DNA from: the human T2T-CHM13v2.0 reference genome, Homo sapiens | Reading direction: 5' to 3' (one strand) | Length of the DNA: 64,000 nt | NCBI RefSeq assembly: GCF_009914755.1 | Contig: NC_060935.1 | Shown: piece by piece, positions 39,743 to 54,245 of the stretch | Layout of the letters: each line of letters opens with the position of its first letter | How positions within the stretch are numbered: position 1 is the first letter of the stretch | Translations under genes and position numbers: made by a program | Notes under the pieces: model-generated | Seen by the model: the letters and a program-made list of their open reading frames with translations, nothing else | Databases searched by the model: none | What the model was told of the DNA's origin: nothing

Positions 39743-40481
39743 TTTGCAGTTTCATTCTTTCTGTTTGTGCAAATGGTCCTTGACCCACTCATTTCCCTTA
39801 TAGCAATATAAACAGTGGACAGTCACTTCTGTCATAGCTTTTGCAATGAATTTATGCCATAATAAAATGAGAAAAAGGAAGAATATGTTGGTGGGACCTC
39901 AAAATGTGATGGATGCTTCAGGATTCTGCAGCTGATATGATTGGAATACAGAGGCAAAGTTGTGGACACCAGTTAATGTAATGGGCCCTGGGAAATCATA
40001 TTGGAAGATGGGTGTTTCTGCCTTTGCTACAGCATTGTTCAAGGGAAAAGGACAAGTAGCTGTGATAACTGTAACAGATTCTGACCACATATTCAGGAGC
40101 ACACTATAGCTCTTGCATAGGTGGGCTAGTAATTAGTTTCAAAACACAAATGGCTCAGATTGTCCCCATCAATGATGGGAACATCTTTATGCTTTTTTAA
40201 GTCTAGTTTTGGAGCCACATGTTGGCCAATGCAGCAGGGACATCTGCCTGGGAAGGAAGTTAGGATGCCCCATAGGTCACCAGCACCACCATCATGAACA
40301 GGGACAGTAACTCCAGCCCTGGCCGAAATGAAATCCACATGGAAATCCAAATGCAAGACCCACAGTACCAAGATTTGGATCATGTATTGATCCCAGATTC
40401 CTCAAATGAAGACTGGGCTGTCAGGCATGTGTATCCCAAATATATGCTATGTCATGCCCTGCCCCAAGTGATGTAGAGTAG

Positions 40482-40868
<387 letters not shown>

Positions 40869-40953
40869 ATGAATACCATTTTTATGGATGCCAAGATGAG
40901 CATTTTTTATGGATGCTAGTGCTTTGCAATGATTGTAAAATACTCAGCTAGAG

Positions 40954-41145
40954 CAGGGGTTGATAAACTTTCTCTAAAGGGCCAGAGAATAAATATTTTT
41001 GGCTTGTGGCCCTGTGGTTTCTGTAGCAACTGCAAAAGCAGCTATAGACAATACAAAATTGAATGGATGTGGCTGTGTTCCAAGAAAACTATTTACAAAA
41101 ACAGGCTACTGGTGGGATTTGACCTGTGGGCTGTGGTTTGTCAGT
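40954..41145 (+). mobile_element. MER58A-like hAT element
   Basis: CAGGGGTTGATAAACTTT...AAAGGGCCAGA...GGCTGTGTTCCAAGAAAACTATTTACAAAAACAGG. Confidence 0.8.
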
Positions 41146-41277
41146 AATCTAAAGGATCACTTCCACATTGGGTTCATAGATGTAAAGCTAAGGACACTGA
41201 AGAGAAGAAACAGTTGTGTTAATGGCTTGGAGTACTAGAACCCTTGAAATGACACCAATCTCAAAAAATTAAAAATA

Positions 41278-41614
<337 letters not shown>

Positions 41615-41694
41615 TCAAGGCCCCTATTAGTTCTCTTCCAAAATAAGAAGATACAGGATTAAGCTGAAGAGAGGCTTTCTTAATGAAATCCTAA

Positions 41695-42070
<376 letters not shown>

Positions 42071-43867
42071 AATCTGTCTTTTAGAGAAGGTCCATGGGAG
42101 TGAGTGACGTGGTATGTCCATTTTCTACATTGAGCTTGCAACCCACAGGCAAAGCAGTAGATTCTAAGAGTGAATTGAATGAGAAAGAGATTCAGGTGGC
42201 TGCAGTGGAAGTGTATGAGTGTACATAACTATGCACCCAGTGAGACCCTTAGGGAAAAGGTCAGTGAGAAAATATACTGACTCCCTTGACATCCTACAGC
42301 TAAACAAGTTCATAGGACATTAATTAGAACTCCTAGTTGTAAGTTATAGAAATCTGACTCATACATGATTAATTGCATTAAATTTTAGAAGATATATTGT
42401 CTAAAGCAACCAAGTCCAAGATTATGGAACTTTTGGGTTCAAGCAGACCTGGATCCAGCTGCTCAACAGCCTTCATTAGGAATTTGTTCCTCCCTTGCCA
42501 GTTTCTCAGCCCTGCTTGCTCATGGAAAAGAGAGTCCAGAAAACCCAGGTTCACAGTCTCAGGAGAGGCACTCTCTCCTAGCATCTATAGAAACCTTTAA
42601 ACGGACTCACGATTGGTTGTTCTTGGTCATGTGACCACTACTATGAGTGGGTCTCAGTCCCTTGATTGACAGCCCCACCTGAATTACATGAAGTGGGAAA
42701 GGGAAAATTCCCATATGGAAAGAGTCTGGTAGTAGACCAAATACCAATATATCTGCTGTAAACCCTCACCAAAGAATGGGACTCACAACTGGCTGGTACA
42801 ATTTGTAATATACATAAGAAAATAGCAGACAACTACAAGCTTCAGACAATGTAACCATGGGCATTATATGGTCTGAAAGAAACAGAGGCAACGTTGCAGT
42901 GAAAATTTCAGGAGACTCAACAGCCTTTCCTTAAACCTATGAGGCAAGGTTAGTTTCAAGTTGGGGTTGGATCATGTATACTTTTGTGAGACGGTCATGA
43001 ATAAGCTGTGTAGGAGGAATTCTACCCTAAAGATACCCCAAATATCTCTTGGGCTCAGAACTGTCTCCCAACCACTGAAATGGGGCAATTATCCTGCCAA
43101 GAGTTTCCCCATCCTTCACAGTATTTTTAAGCTGATGGATCAGAAATATATTCCCATTCATCACCCTTATCAAGCTACCTAAAGACCTAGACTCAAGTAT
43201 GCATGCAGTTAATGAGGCTTTCCATAGTTAACCATTTGTCTATACCTGAAAGTGAGGATGTGTCAATATCTAGAGAACCATCCACTAGAAATTTTGGAAC
43301 AGCTTGTGTCACTGGAGCTGAGGGGCTGAGTTTCCATTATATTGAGAGCTTGAAGGCATAATCATGGGGAGCTGTGATGAAATATTGGAGGAAGCATGTT
43401 AATTTAAATATTACTGATGCCTCAGTTGGGCTGAGTTTATAGTCTGAGCAAGGATAATTCACTCTAAAGTTCTAATATCAGGCTGTATTTGACTTTACAT
43501 GCTTTTCAAGGTCACCGTTGACGGTGAGTCATCCCAGTGAGCCAGCAGAGAAAAGGCATTCCAAGGAGCACACATGCATGGGCAGTGTTTACGGGCCAGA
43601 CCTGGAAGCAACACACACCTTCACTCACATTTCATTGCACAGAGCCTGGTCAGTCCCATGGTCAGACCTACCTGTAAGAGAGGCTGAGAAGTTAGATTAG
43701 CTGTGTGTCCAGGAAGAACCAGAAATGGATTTTGGTGCTGGTGACCAAACCTGTGTTTGCACTCTTCTTTCCCTTCTGAAAGAAGACACCCAACCATTCC
43801 ATCTAATCAGATCCAAGATCTGGGATCTGGTGAAAATTTCTGTCAGGTCCAAATTTGGCTTTTCTAG

Positions 43868-44266
<399 letters not shown>

Positions 44267-46056
44267 TATTCTCAGAATCTTTGAATAACTTTTCCAGGCA
44301 CACACCACCGCTCACAGCCTATTCTCAGATTCTTTGAATAATTGTCAACTCACTGCGGAGAAAGATCAAAATGCTAGTCTATGGGACTTTCCACCACCTG
44401 GCTTCTCCCTTCTCCCTTACCCTGCTCCAGCTATCCTGACCACCCTCCTGGTTCGAACCTACCAGGCAGACTCTCAGCTCCCAAACTTTGTTCTTGCTGT
44501 TCCCTTTACTGGAACAGCTTCTCAAGATCCCTAGAATACTCTTCCCCATCAGAGAACCATCAGGAGCCACAGCCACTTGGAATATTGCTATTGATGTCTT
44601 TGGGACCTCAGCTGTGGCCACACTGAGATTCGTGGAAGATGGAAGTACCAGACTCCTTCTTGACCAAGATACTGATTGATCCCTAGACTAAAGCAGTACA
44701 TGAGAACTTGGGAAGGTGAGTTGAAATACCTTGAAATAATAAACAATACACTGGAATGTGAAGAATGGGACTAAGTGATGGAGGTGGTACCTGAACACAT
44801 GCCCACCTGGGGGCCTGCTCTTTTGGTGACCCCTCAATAGGTATGACTCTTTTGCAAGAGGACTTGGGCCAGACCATCTTGGAAGTGTGTTCTTGGTGTG
44901 CTAGTCTGTGAATCAACTAAGAGCACACCGACATGCCAGGCAACTTCCCAGGGATAGGACCGCAGATTCTATTTGAAAATGGTGGCATCCCCAGTTTGGA
45001 GATAAGAAACTGACACTTTGTTCAAACAGGGAAAAGAGGTAAGAAATTATAGAAAGAGAAGACAGGGCCAGCCTCCTTTTACATGAAAAATAAACTGCTT
45101 AAATAACTCAGCCCTCAGTTACCAGGAAATGATTGAATGTGAATGTCTTGACCCCACTTGCTGGCTTGGCTTAGATCTAATAAGTGATCCTTTCATGAAA
45201 ATGATGTTTGTGCTTGCCTGGTGTATCAGCTGGGATCAGTCAGAGCCACTACAAGTATTACAGGAATAAGGGATTTCATATGGAAATTAGGGCTTATCCT
45301 GTTGCAGAAAGAGCTGGTGGAGGGATGGTCTGGAAAGTTGGAGGATCTGGGACATTATCTCCAAGGCCACTAGCCTGGGGCCTGGGACAGATGGAGAAAT
45401 GAGCTGGCAAGGAAGGCCAAGAAGGTGCTGCTACATGAAGACTTCAAAATGGTATTGCAACAAGTAAGCTCATGGAGAAGACTGTGAAGCCACGTGTCTG
45501 ACTACCCCAATACTTTGAGAATAATGACTTCTGCTCAAGCCCAATCCTCTGGCCCTCCCAGAAACTCTTCAAGTCACTTAATGAATTCCTTTTCTGTTTA
45601 AATCAGCAAAATAGGCTTCATCATTTGCAGCAAAGATCCTAACTAATCCAATATTCAGCCCAATGAGTTGTGGGAGAAATGAGCACTGGATCTAGAGTCC
45701 AAAGATCTGAGATCAAGTCTCAGCTCTGCTCCTGATCTTGTGACTTCACACATATCAGTGTGTCTTACCAAAAATCAGTGTCTTGTCTACAAAATGGTTG
45801 TAATAGTCATTATCTCTTCAAGCAGCATTGAGAAATCCACATGATATTGCAAAGGAAAGTCCCTTGTGAAGGGTAATAGACATTTTTAATGGGAAGTCCT
45901 GTCATTGTTCCTTCACTATGAATCCAAACTGCCCTTCCTTTAAATGCTAAGGAACTGGGAATTTGCATTAAGCAAATCATGTCAGGACAAAATCTTGACT
46001 GCACCTGCACCCAGGAGTTGAGTGGGTCCATTCACATGCCCTTTTTGGAAATGGAG

Positions 46057-46439
46057 TGATATGGTTTGGCTCTGTGTCCCCACCCAAATCTCATGTTGAA
46101 TTGTAATTCCAGTGTTGGAGGAGGGGCCTGTTGGGAGGTGAGTGATTCATGGGGGTGGACTTCCCCCTTGCTATTCTCATGATAGTGAGTTCTCATGAGA
46201 TCTGGTTGTTTAAAAGTGTATAGCACCTTCCCCTTTGCTTTCTCTCTTCCTCCTGCTCCCACCACGTAAGATGTGCCTTCTTCTTCTTTGCCTTCTGCCA
46301 TGATTGAAAGTTTCCTGAGGCCTCTCTACCCATGCTGCCTGTACAGCCTGCAGAACCATGAGCCAATTAAACCTCTTTTCTTTATAAATTACCCCATCTC
46401 AGGTAGTTCTTAATAGCAATGAGAAAATGGACTAATATA
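46057..46439 (+). mobile_element. MSTA/THE1-like MaLR solo LTR
   Basis: TGATATGGTTTGGCTCTGTGTCCCCACCCAAATCTCATGTTGAATTGTAAT ... CCAATTAAACCTCTTTTCTTTATAAATTACCC ... GGACTAATA. Confidence 0.92.
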
Positions 46440-46614
46440 TTGACTGACTGACAGGATAATGCAGGGAGAAGGGAAGTAGAGCTGTTTACTGGCACCTGAT
46501 GATCTAAGTGGCCAAACGCAGAGCAGCAAGGCTGATAATAATAGTAGTAGTTAACATCATTTATTCTTCAGTTATTTTGTGCCAAGCACTTTGCTAACAC
46601 ATAATCCTCTGAAT

Positions 46615-46821
46615 CAGGAGTTGGCAAATGTGACCCACAACCCAAATCTGGTCCACTGCTTATTTTGTAAATAAAGATTTGTTGGGACATACCATTCCCA
46701 TTCATGTACTATTTCCCTGGCTGCTTTCATGCAGAGTTGTAGCATTAAACAGAGACCATATGGCCCAAAATGCCCAAAGTATTTGCTATGTGGCTCTTTA
46801 TAGAAAAATTTGCTGACTCTA
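46615..46821 (-). mobile_element. MER58A-like hAT element with intact 8-bp TSD
   Basis: Imperfect terminal inverted repeats CAGGAGTTGGCAAA / TTTGCTGACTCTA; TSD CTCTGAAT (46607-46614, 46822-46829). Confidence 0.85.
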
Positions 46822-47648
46822 CTCTGAATGAACCATGGAAGATGGATATTCTACCCTCTTTCCAGATTGGAAAACTGAGGCCTAGAGATATAAGGAGCTT
46901 ATTCTAACACCAAAAGCTAGTAAATACTCAATCTCGGATGTGAGCTCAAAGCCCAGGCTCTAATCACTGTTTTACCCTTACCATCATTTTAGATGAGTGA
47001 TGTCCCCTCCTTTTTCTGTTTGCTGTTACTTTTGGGGAAATTGGTGCGGGGCAGTCACTGCCTTCCACCTTCAAGTGAAGACATCAGGCTTGGATTGAAA
47101 TGTCTACTTCCTGCCTTCAGGTTCTAGAGCAGGACTGGATGTTTCTTCCCTAGGGGTTATTTGCTGCCTTGCTGCTCTCAAAATCAATCAGTTCCCTAAA
47201 GCCATGGTTCTCCTTCTACCAAATGGTTGGAAATCTGTGCAGTTTTCGGGGCTGAATCCAGGGCCTCTGGAGAAATGCAGCTTTGCCAGGCAGGGCTGGC
47301 TTTGCAGAAGCTCTTCTTTTTAGCTGAGTTTCCAGGGTTTCGGCTCACATGACTTTGGTGTCCCTGTACCCCAACCCCCACTGCAGGGATCCCTGGACCC
47401 CAGAGGGTGTTTTGACATTTTGTTGTACTTCTCATCTGAGTCCAAAGCTTACTTGGGGTGGATTTGTCTCTGGCAGTAAACAACCACAGACTGTGGATGG
47501 TGCCGTGGCAGATGCTCCTCTGGAGAGAGGCTCTCAGTCTGGGCACATACCCACTGCCTGTCTGGGCAGAACTAAAGGAGTGAGCCAGAAGAACAGTCCT
47601 CACTCTGCGACTTCCCAGTTTAATTGCTTCTTCACATCTGTGGTTTTC

Positions 47649-47965
47649 TTTTTTTAATTTTTCTTTCTTTTTTTTTTTTTTTTTTTTAGAGATAGGGTCT
47701 CGCTCTGTCACCCAGGCTGGAGTGTAGTGATGCAGCCACAGCTCACTGCAGCATTCAATCCTCCTGCTTTACCCTCCCCTGTAGCTAGGACTACAGGCAT
47801 AGGCCACCGCACCTGGATTTTTTTTATTTTTTATTTTTTTTATTTTTTGTAGATACAGGGTCTTGCTATGTTGCCCAGGCTGGTCTCGAATTCCTGGTCT
47901 CAAGCAATCCTCTTGCCTCCACCTCCAAAATGCTGGGGCTACAGCTGTGAGCCACCACACCCACT
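47649..47965 (-). mobile_element. AluJ-type SINE
   Basis: Diverged dimer; TSD-like ATCTGTGGTTT. Confidence 0.88.
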
Positions 47966-48984
47966 CATATCTGTGGTTTCCCACTGACTTTGTCATCTTA
48001 ATTCTGGTGTCATGAAACATTTCAGAGTTGGCAGAAACTGGGGGCAGGAAGCAGTCAGGAAGCCCCTGGACGAGAGGTCTGCTAGGAAGGGCTTGGCCCA
48101 TTGGTATGAAGCCTGAGAGAGTGGGTTTGTGCCTGCACCCTGCTCAGAAGCCTCTTTCAAGCAAACGAGTGCTGATAGAATGGTTCTGCTCTTCACAATG
48201 AGATCCATGGCCCTTCCTACCACTCAGAATGGGCTCCTCTGTCATCTCAGGGTATGCCAGAAAGATACTCTGTTATGCACAATTCCCAAAGATAGACAAG
48301 CCCAGGCCAGTCCTGGCTTCCATGCACCCCAGGGCTTTTTCCGTGTCTAAGACCCTTCTCTATGCCTCAACAACCCTGTCTGTAAAATGGGAGAGAAACT
48401 GGCCAGCAGCCCAGGGAGAATCCCCATTCCAGAGAGTCTTGGTCCCAGTAGACAGGCATGGGGCTTGGCAGCACTGACAGCAGGGAAATTCTACCTCTCA
48501 AAGAAAGGGCTGGGGGAGGATTCTGAAGATAGTATCTCAATAGGCCTTATATCTTGACTAAATTGCATGTTGGAATTTAATTTGGAATCCCTGCTGTTTC
48601 CTTGATGAACGCAAACCACACTGCAATTAGAGTGATGAAGCGGGATGCTGCCGCGTCTGACAAGGGTGATCTGTCTAAGCAGGGAGGGAGGGGACAGGCA
48701 GTTGGCAGGTGCCTGGTGGACTCATGCTGGGCATATTCTCAGCATCTCTCCAACTAGACAGAGGCCATCAGGGGAGAGGAAGGAGTTCAGGGGACAGAGA
48801 TTGTGTGGTCTAACAGCTCACGGGGCAGAGTGGAGGGGAGAGTTTCAGGGGACTTTCTTGGATTGTACTCCATGGCTTATCCACTGCAGTGTCCTGGGCC
48901 CACATGACACCAAGTACAGCAGATTAAGCTCATGACTTGTGTCTCAGAATCTCGCCTCTTCCACCCTCCCACTATGGAAGGAAA

Positions 48985-49210
48985 TAAACATTTATTTAGC
49001 ACTTCCTTTGTGCCAGGCACTGGGCTAGGTGCTCTAAAGGCATTATCTCATTTAATCCACCCAGCAATCTCATGAGATAGGCACTCTTATCTCCATTTTA
49101 CACATGCAAAACCTGTGAGCCAAGAGGTTAAATAACTTGCACACAAGGTCACAGAGCTCATAAGTGATGACGGTAGGTAGGATCTTAACCCAATGGTCTG
49201 GGTCCAAGTT
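48985..49210 (-). mobile_element. MIR
   Basis: TGTGCCAGGCACTGGGCTAGG...ATCTCATTTAATCC...CCATTTTACA...GAGGTTAAATAACTTGC. Confidence 0.8.
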
Positions 49211-51802
49211 CCCTTTCCACCTTACCCATGCATCTGCCAAGGCCCCAGCCTTTGAGAGACTGAGCTGGTCTCTCCCTAATCATCTGCTACTTCCTCCAAA
49301 GGATTCTTGTTCCTGCTATCTGCACATCCCCATACTGGCTCATTGAAAGGGGAACCTGCTCTCTCTCCACCCTCCTTGCTACTTCTTCCCTGCTGGAGGA
49401 GGGCTAGCTTATCTGATGCATGCATGTAGGAGAGTTGCCAGTTGATGGGACCATATGAAACAGGTGCCCTGAGCATACCTGCCCTCCATCTCTGGGTGGA
49501 AAGCAGACTCTGCAGAGTCCACTGCTGGAAGCCTGAGCCAGGTGTTTGCTCTCTGACAACAGCTCTTCCATCTGGAACTAGATCGAATGCTCAGTGTGGC
49601 CATTTCTGCAGAGACATCACAGATAGAGGTAGAAAGAAAAGCTTCATTTGGCCTCAGTCTTGGTTGCGTACTCTCGAACCTGACTTTTAAGCCCCATTTT
49701 GTTCAGTTCTCTGTATTGATACATTATAGGCCAGAATTCAGGAAAGGAAGAAAGAGGCTATTGCTTCAAACCTAACCCCCAACTTACAGGCACTGGAGCT
49801 GGATATCCTTGCTCCCAGGCTGGGGTGTTGCAGTAGAGGAGACTTTTCCCAGAAACTGCCGCAGAGCACCCAGGCAAAGGATATTTCCTGCTGAGCTCCC
49901 AACACATTCTTCTTCCTGATACTCCAAATCCAAACCATCAGAGAGGAGATGCAAGAGAGCCAGAGAGCTCCCAGAACCAGACTCAGGGGAAGAACAGAAG
50001 CAATTCCACTGGAAAGTTTACATATAGACAGTGGGCCCTGGAGCAGTAGAACAAGCATGGACCTCATAGGCAGTGAACCTGAATTTCAATCCCAGCTCTA
50101 CTCCTAGCTTGCTGTGTGGTCCTTTTGGGCTTAACTTCCACCTGGGTAAAGTAAGAATATTAAATAAGTAACTATTAAGTCATTGTAATACTGTGATTCT
50201 AATGTGATTAACGGACATGTGAAAGCCAAAGCCAACAGGTCAAGAGATCCTGAGTACTCATGGTGACCCCCTGCTGAAGACAAGTGGCAAATATACCTCA
50301 GGCCTCTGATTCCATCATTCATTCTGCAAACATGTAGTAGAGGTCTGCGATGTATGGTTTGTGCCAGGAGGTAAGAATTCATTACAGAACAAAAAAGTTC
50401 TTCGTCTCATGGATCACCATCAAAGGGAGGGAAGGACAGTGCCACAAGGGCATAAGCACAGAGGGGCTGACTGCAGGCCAATCTCAGCATCTCCTGATGT
50501 CACTGCGGTGATTAGGCTATAGGTTTGGCTGCTTGGCTGAGACCAAAACTAGACTTGCTCAAACAAGATAGATGTCTGTTTCTCCCCAACTCTCTAGCAG
50601 TTCAAACACAAGGAATCCAGGGCTGTTATGATGGCTTCAGGACATCAGGGACTGGATTCCTTCCATCCTGTGTCTCTGCCGTCCTTGGGTGTTGCCCTTG
50701 TCCTCTTGTCTGACGATGGCCCACCACCATGGCCATTGTCCAGCCAACGGGAGAGAGGAGGAGGAGAAAAGGATGGTGCAGTCCAGAAGTTGCACACCTC
50801 CCTTCTGCTCATGTTCTATCAACCAGAGCTTAGTTGTATGTCCATATCTACTTGGTAAGGACGTTGGGAAGGGTGGGCTTTTGGGGGCAGCCATGTGGAG
50901 TGCCTAGCTAAAGGCCAAGGATTCTGTTACTGTGTAAGGGAGAGTGGGAAACAGAGAACAAGCCATCACTGCCAGACTTGTTGTCCCCTTCTTTTAAACC
51001 ATGGCTAAATCAAATATAACAGACTTAGCCCAGCACATGTCAAGTGCTATCGTAGTCCCAGAAGACAGAGTCCACACCCTCAGAGCATGTAAATTGGTTG
51101 GAAACCAGAGAACACAGGACTGTGGGACTGTCTGCAGTGGCTTTGTAGGAGGGGGCAAATCAGAAAAGCAGCCACTGTAGGTCTTTTAAACAAAGGGCAA
51201 TTAGTATGAGGAATTGGTTATTCACGGGGTGGAAGAGCTGATAAGCTGAACAACCCAGAGACTAGAAACTGTAGGGAGTCATTTCACTCCCAGGCTGCAG
51301 GGACCAAGGGAGGAGCCAAAATCATGGTGGCTGATGCCCATTGGATCCCAGGACTACAGAAGCAAGAACTGTCCAGTAGGAACTGGATCCAACAAGGAAA
51401 TACAGCCAGAGCTGGGGCTGCCACTCGAGGCAGAGCAAAAGATGAAGAAATATTCTGGCTTCTCCCTTCTTCCCACCTTCTGTCAGTGCTGCCCATTGGC
51501 CAAATTTAGCTGGATGCCAGCTGGAAAGAGATTCTTGAAAGTGTAGTTTTCTGCAGTGTGAAGCAGAGCAGAGAGCAGGGAAAGGCTGGTGGGTGGATCT
51601 GAGTACAAACAGGCTAGCATAGACCAGCACAGGGCCAGAAACACCCAAGGGACAGACCTTAGAGTATATTATTGGAAAATCGTATTTTCTCCAGTCTAGC
51701 ACTAATTAATATAACAGAGTAGGCTTTGATTTTTATAATAAGATAAAAGCCGGATCCTTGATTTTAGAAAAGGATAGAGCACATTTGAAAGTAGAAGGCC
51801 CA

Positions 51803-52268
51803 TGTATTAGTTTCCTATTGCTGTTGGAACAAATTATCATCAACATAGTGGCTGAAAATGACACAAATGTATTACCTTACAGTTCTGGAGGTCAGAAGTA
51901 CAAAATGGATCTTACAGGGATAAAATCAAGATGTTGGCAAAATTGCATCTCTTCTCGAGGCTCCTGTAAATAATCCATTCCTTGCCTTTTCCAGTTTCTA
52001 CACATTGCCACATTCTTTGTCTCGTGGCCAACCTCCAACCTCTGCTTCTGTGGTCACAGGTCCTTCTCCCGTTTTCCCATGTCCCTCCTACAAGGACACT
52101 TATGATTACATTGGGCCCATCCAGATGACCCAGAATAATCCCTCCATCTCAGGATTCTTAACTTGATAATATCTGCAGAATCCCTTTTATGATGTAAGGT
52201 AACACGTTACTTAGGATGAGGATTGGGATGCAGACGTCTTTGGGGAGGCCATTATTCTGCCTACTACA
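51803..52268 (-). mobile_element. MLT1C/D-like MaLR solo LTR
   Basis: TGTATTAGTTTCCTATTGCTG...ACAGTTCTGGAGGTCAGAAGT...CCATTATTCTGCCTACTACA; near-TSD GCCCA/GCCCT. Confidence 0.85.
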
Positions 52269-52484
52269 GCCCTCATTTCATTTTCCTCCTAGATCTGAAT
52301 CTAGGCCCCCAAAGATTATCAGCATGCAAAAGTAATTACAGTCAAATTTCTTCAGGCCCTTGGTAGGTCTCCTATAGGTACTCTGCAGACCATAGCTGCC
52401 CTTTGAAAACTAATATGCAATGTGTCTTTGGAGGATGTGCAGAGGGAGTTCAATCAATACTGGCTTCCTTCCTGGTCGAGCAGC

Positions 52485-53015
52485 ATTGGATCAGTTAGGA
52501 ATACTTTGGGCTGCAAGGTACTAAAAAATCTGACTCAAATATGGTTCGTCAGTTGTTGTTGTTTTGTTTTTCTTAATAGCAAAAGTCTATAGGTGGCTGC
52601 TGGCCTTGGTTCAGTGGGTCAGTGATTTCAGGGCTGGCATCTCTGGAAGTCACTTTCAAGTTCCCTAATGCTTTTGCCTCACTCACTGGATGTCTGTCCC
52701 AGCTCCAGGCATAATGCTTTTGCTTCACTCACTAGATGCCTGCCCCAGATCCAGGCATCATGTCCAAAGTCAAGTCAAGAAAGATGGAAGAGATGGCAAC
52801 AATAACTATGTCCCTGTTGTCAGGAAAGCAAGCTCTTCCTGATCCCCCAGCAGATTTCCACTTACATGTCATTGGCCCAAACAGTCATGTCACCATCTTT
52901 AGCAGCAAGGGAGGCTGGAAAAGCAAGTATTTGACATTTCCAGCCTCTATAGTGAAGTTGGGTGAGCGGGGAGGAGTTTAGATATTGAATTAATCAAACA
53001 AAAGAATCTGTCACC
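52485..53015 (-). mobile_element. Old MLT1 (J/K-like) LTR
   Basis: TCAGTTAGGA...GGCTGCAAG...TGACTCAAA ... CAGCTCCAGGCAT ... CATTGGCC...GTCA...GCAAGGGAGGCTGGAAAA. Confidence 0.6.
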
Positions 53016-53589
53016 ACTACCTTTCTTGGATTTACTTGGTTCCTCCCATTGAATGTATAGATGAAATATAGTCATTTTGGGCTGATTATGCCTATCAGTA
53101 ACTTTTATCTCACCATTCCTCTTCTAACTCTCATGAAAGTCAGCTGTTTAGAAAAGCTCATGACCTCTCTGTCCACCCTTGTTGACTCTAGGGTCCTGGC
53201 AGGCTAGTGCTGGGACCTGGGGAGTTTGTTAGAGACCCACAGCATGGATGACCATGTTTGCTGCTGGTGATGACAATGACAAAAATAAGTATGTGAATGA
53301 GTTCTATTATTATTTCCATTTTACAGAGGAGGAGACTGAGGCTCGGGAAAGTTTAATGACCTTTCTCAAAGTGACACCTCTACTAACAGCCTAAGTTGTT
53401 GGTCACTATGATATATCTCCTCCTGGAATTCACTTTCCAGGAAGAAAAGACCAAAGGCAGAAAGTCTCTATTACTACAAAGCCAGGGCAAGAATGTTGCA
53501 AGATTAATGATCCAAGTGATGCCTCCAGTGTCCAAAATTTGTTGCATGTACAGCATCAGCAGAGTTGGAACGTGATCTGAAGAGGCAAT

Positions 53590-53983
<394 letters not shown>

Positions 53984-54057
53984 TTAAAAAGTAATGCAAA
54001 TAGCAAACCATATCTTCCCTGTGGCTTCTACAGTTCAGGGTCTGGAGGTCAAACTCC

Positions 54058-54245
54058 CTCATTCATTTAGTAAATATTTATTGAGCACCTACTGTGTGCT
54101 AGGCACTGATCTAGATGCTGAAAATCCAGCAGGGATCAAATACATCAAAATCCCTGCCCTCATGGAACCTATATGTCTCCTCCAGTGAAGAGAAAGGCAA
54201 TAAGCCAAATAAATAGGTAAAATACAATGATTGTTACATGGTGTT
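54058..54245 (-). mobile_element. L2 3' end
   Basis: TCATTCATTTAGTAAATATTTATTGAGCACCTACTGTGTGCTAGGCACTG...TCCCTGCCCTCATGGA. Confidence 0.85.

Larger units (their letters stand above)
37021..39760 (+). other. LDLRAD3: LDLRAD3 3'UTR (~2.7 kb)
   Basis: Follows the stop codon, has no recognisable interspersed repeats, becomes U-rich distally and ends after AATAAA at 39737. End position is inferred. Confidence 0.85.

Noticed and set aside
39885-39902. 15/18 minus-strand match to a tRNA-Gln primer-binding site
   Set aside because: No LTR features recognised next to it; a match of this quality to some tRNA end is plausible by chance in a window this size.
50260-50280. CTCF-like motif (minus strand TCAGCAGGGGGTCAC), and another at ~11548
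   Set aside because: Only partial matches; not supportable without matrix scoring or ChIP data.
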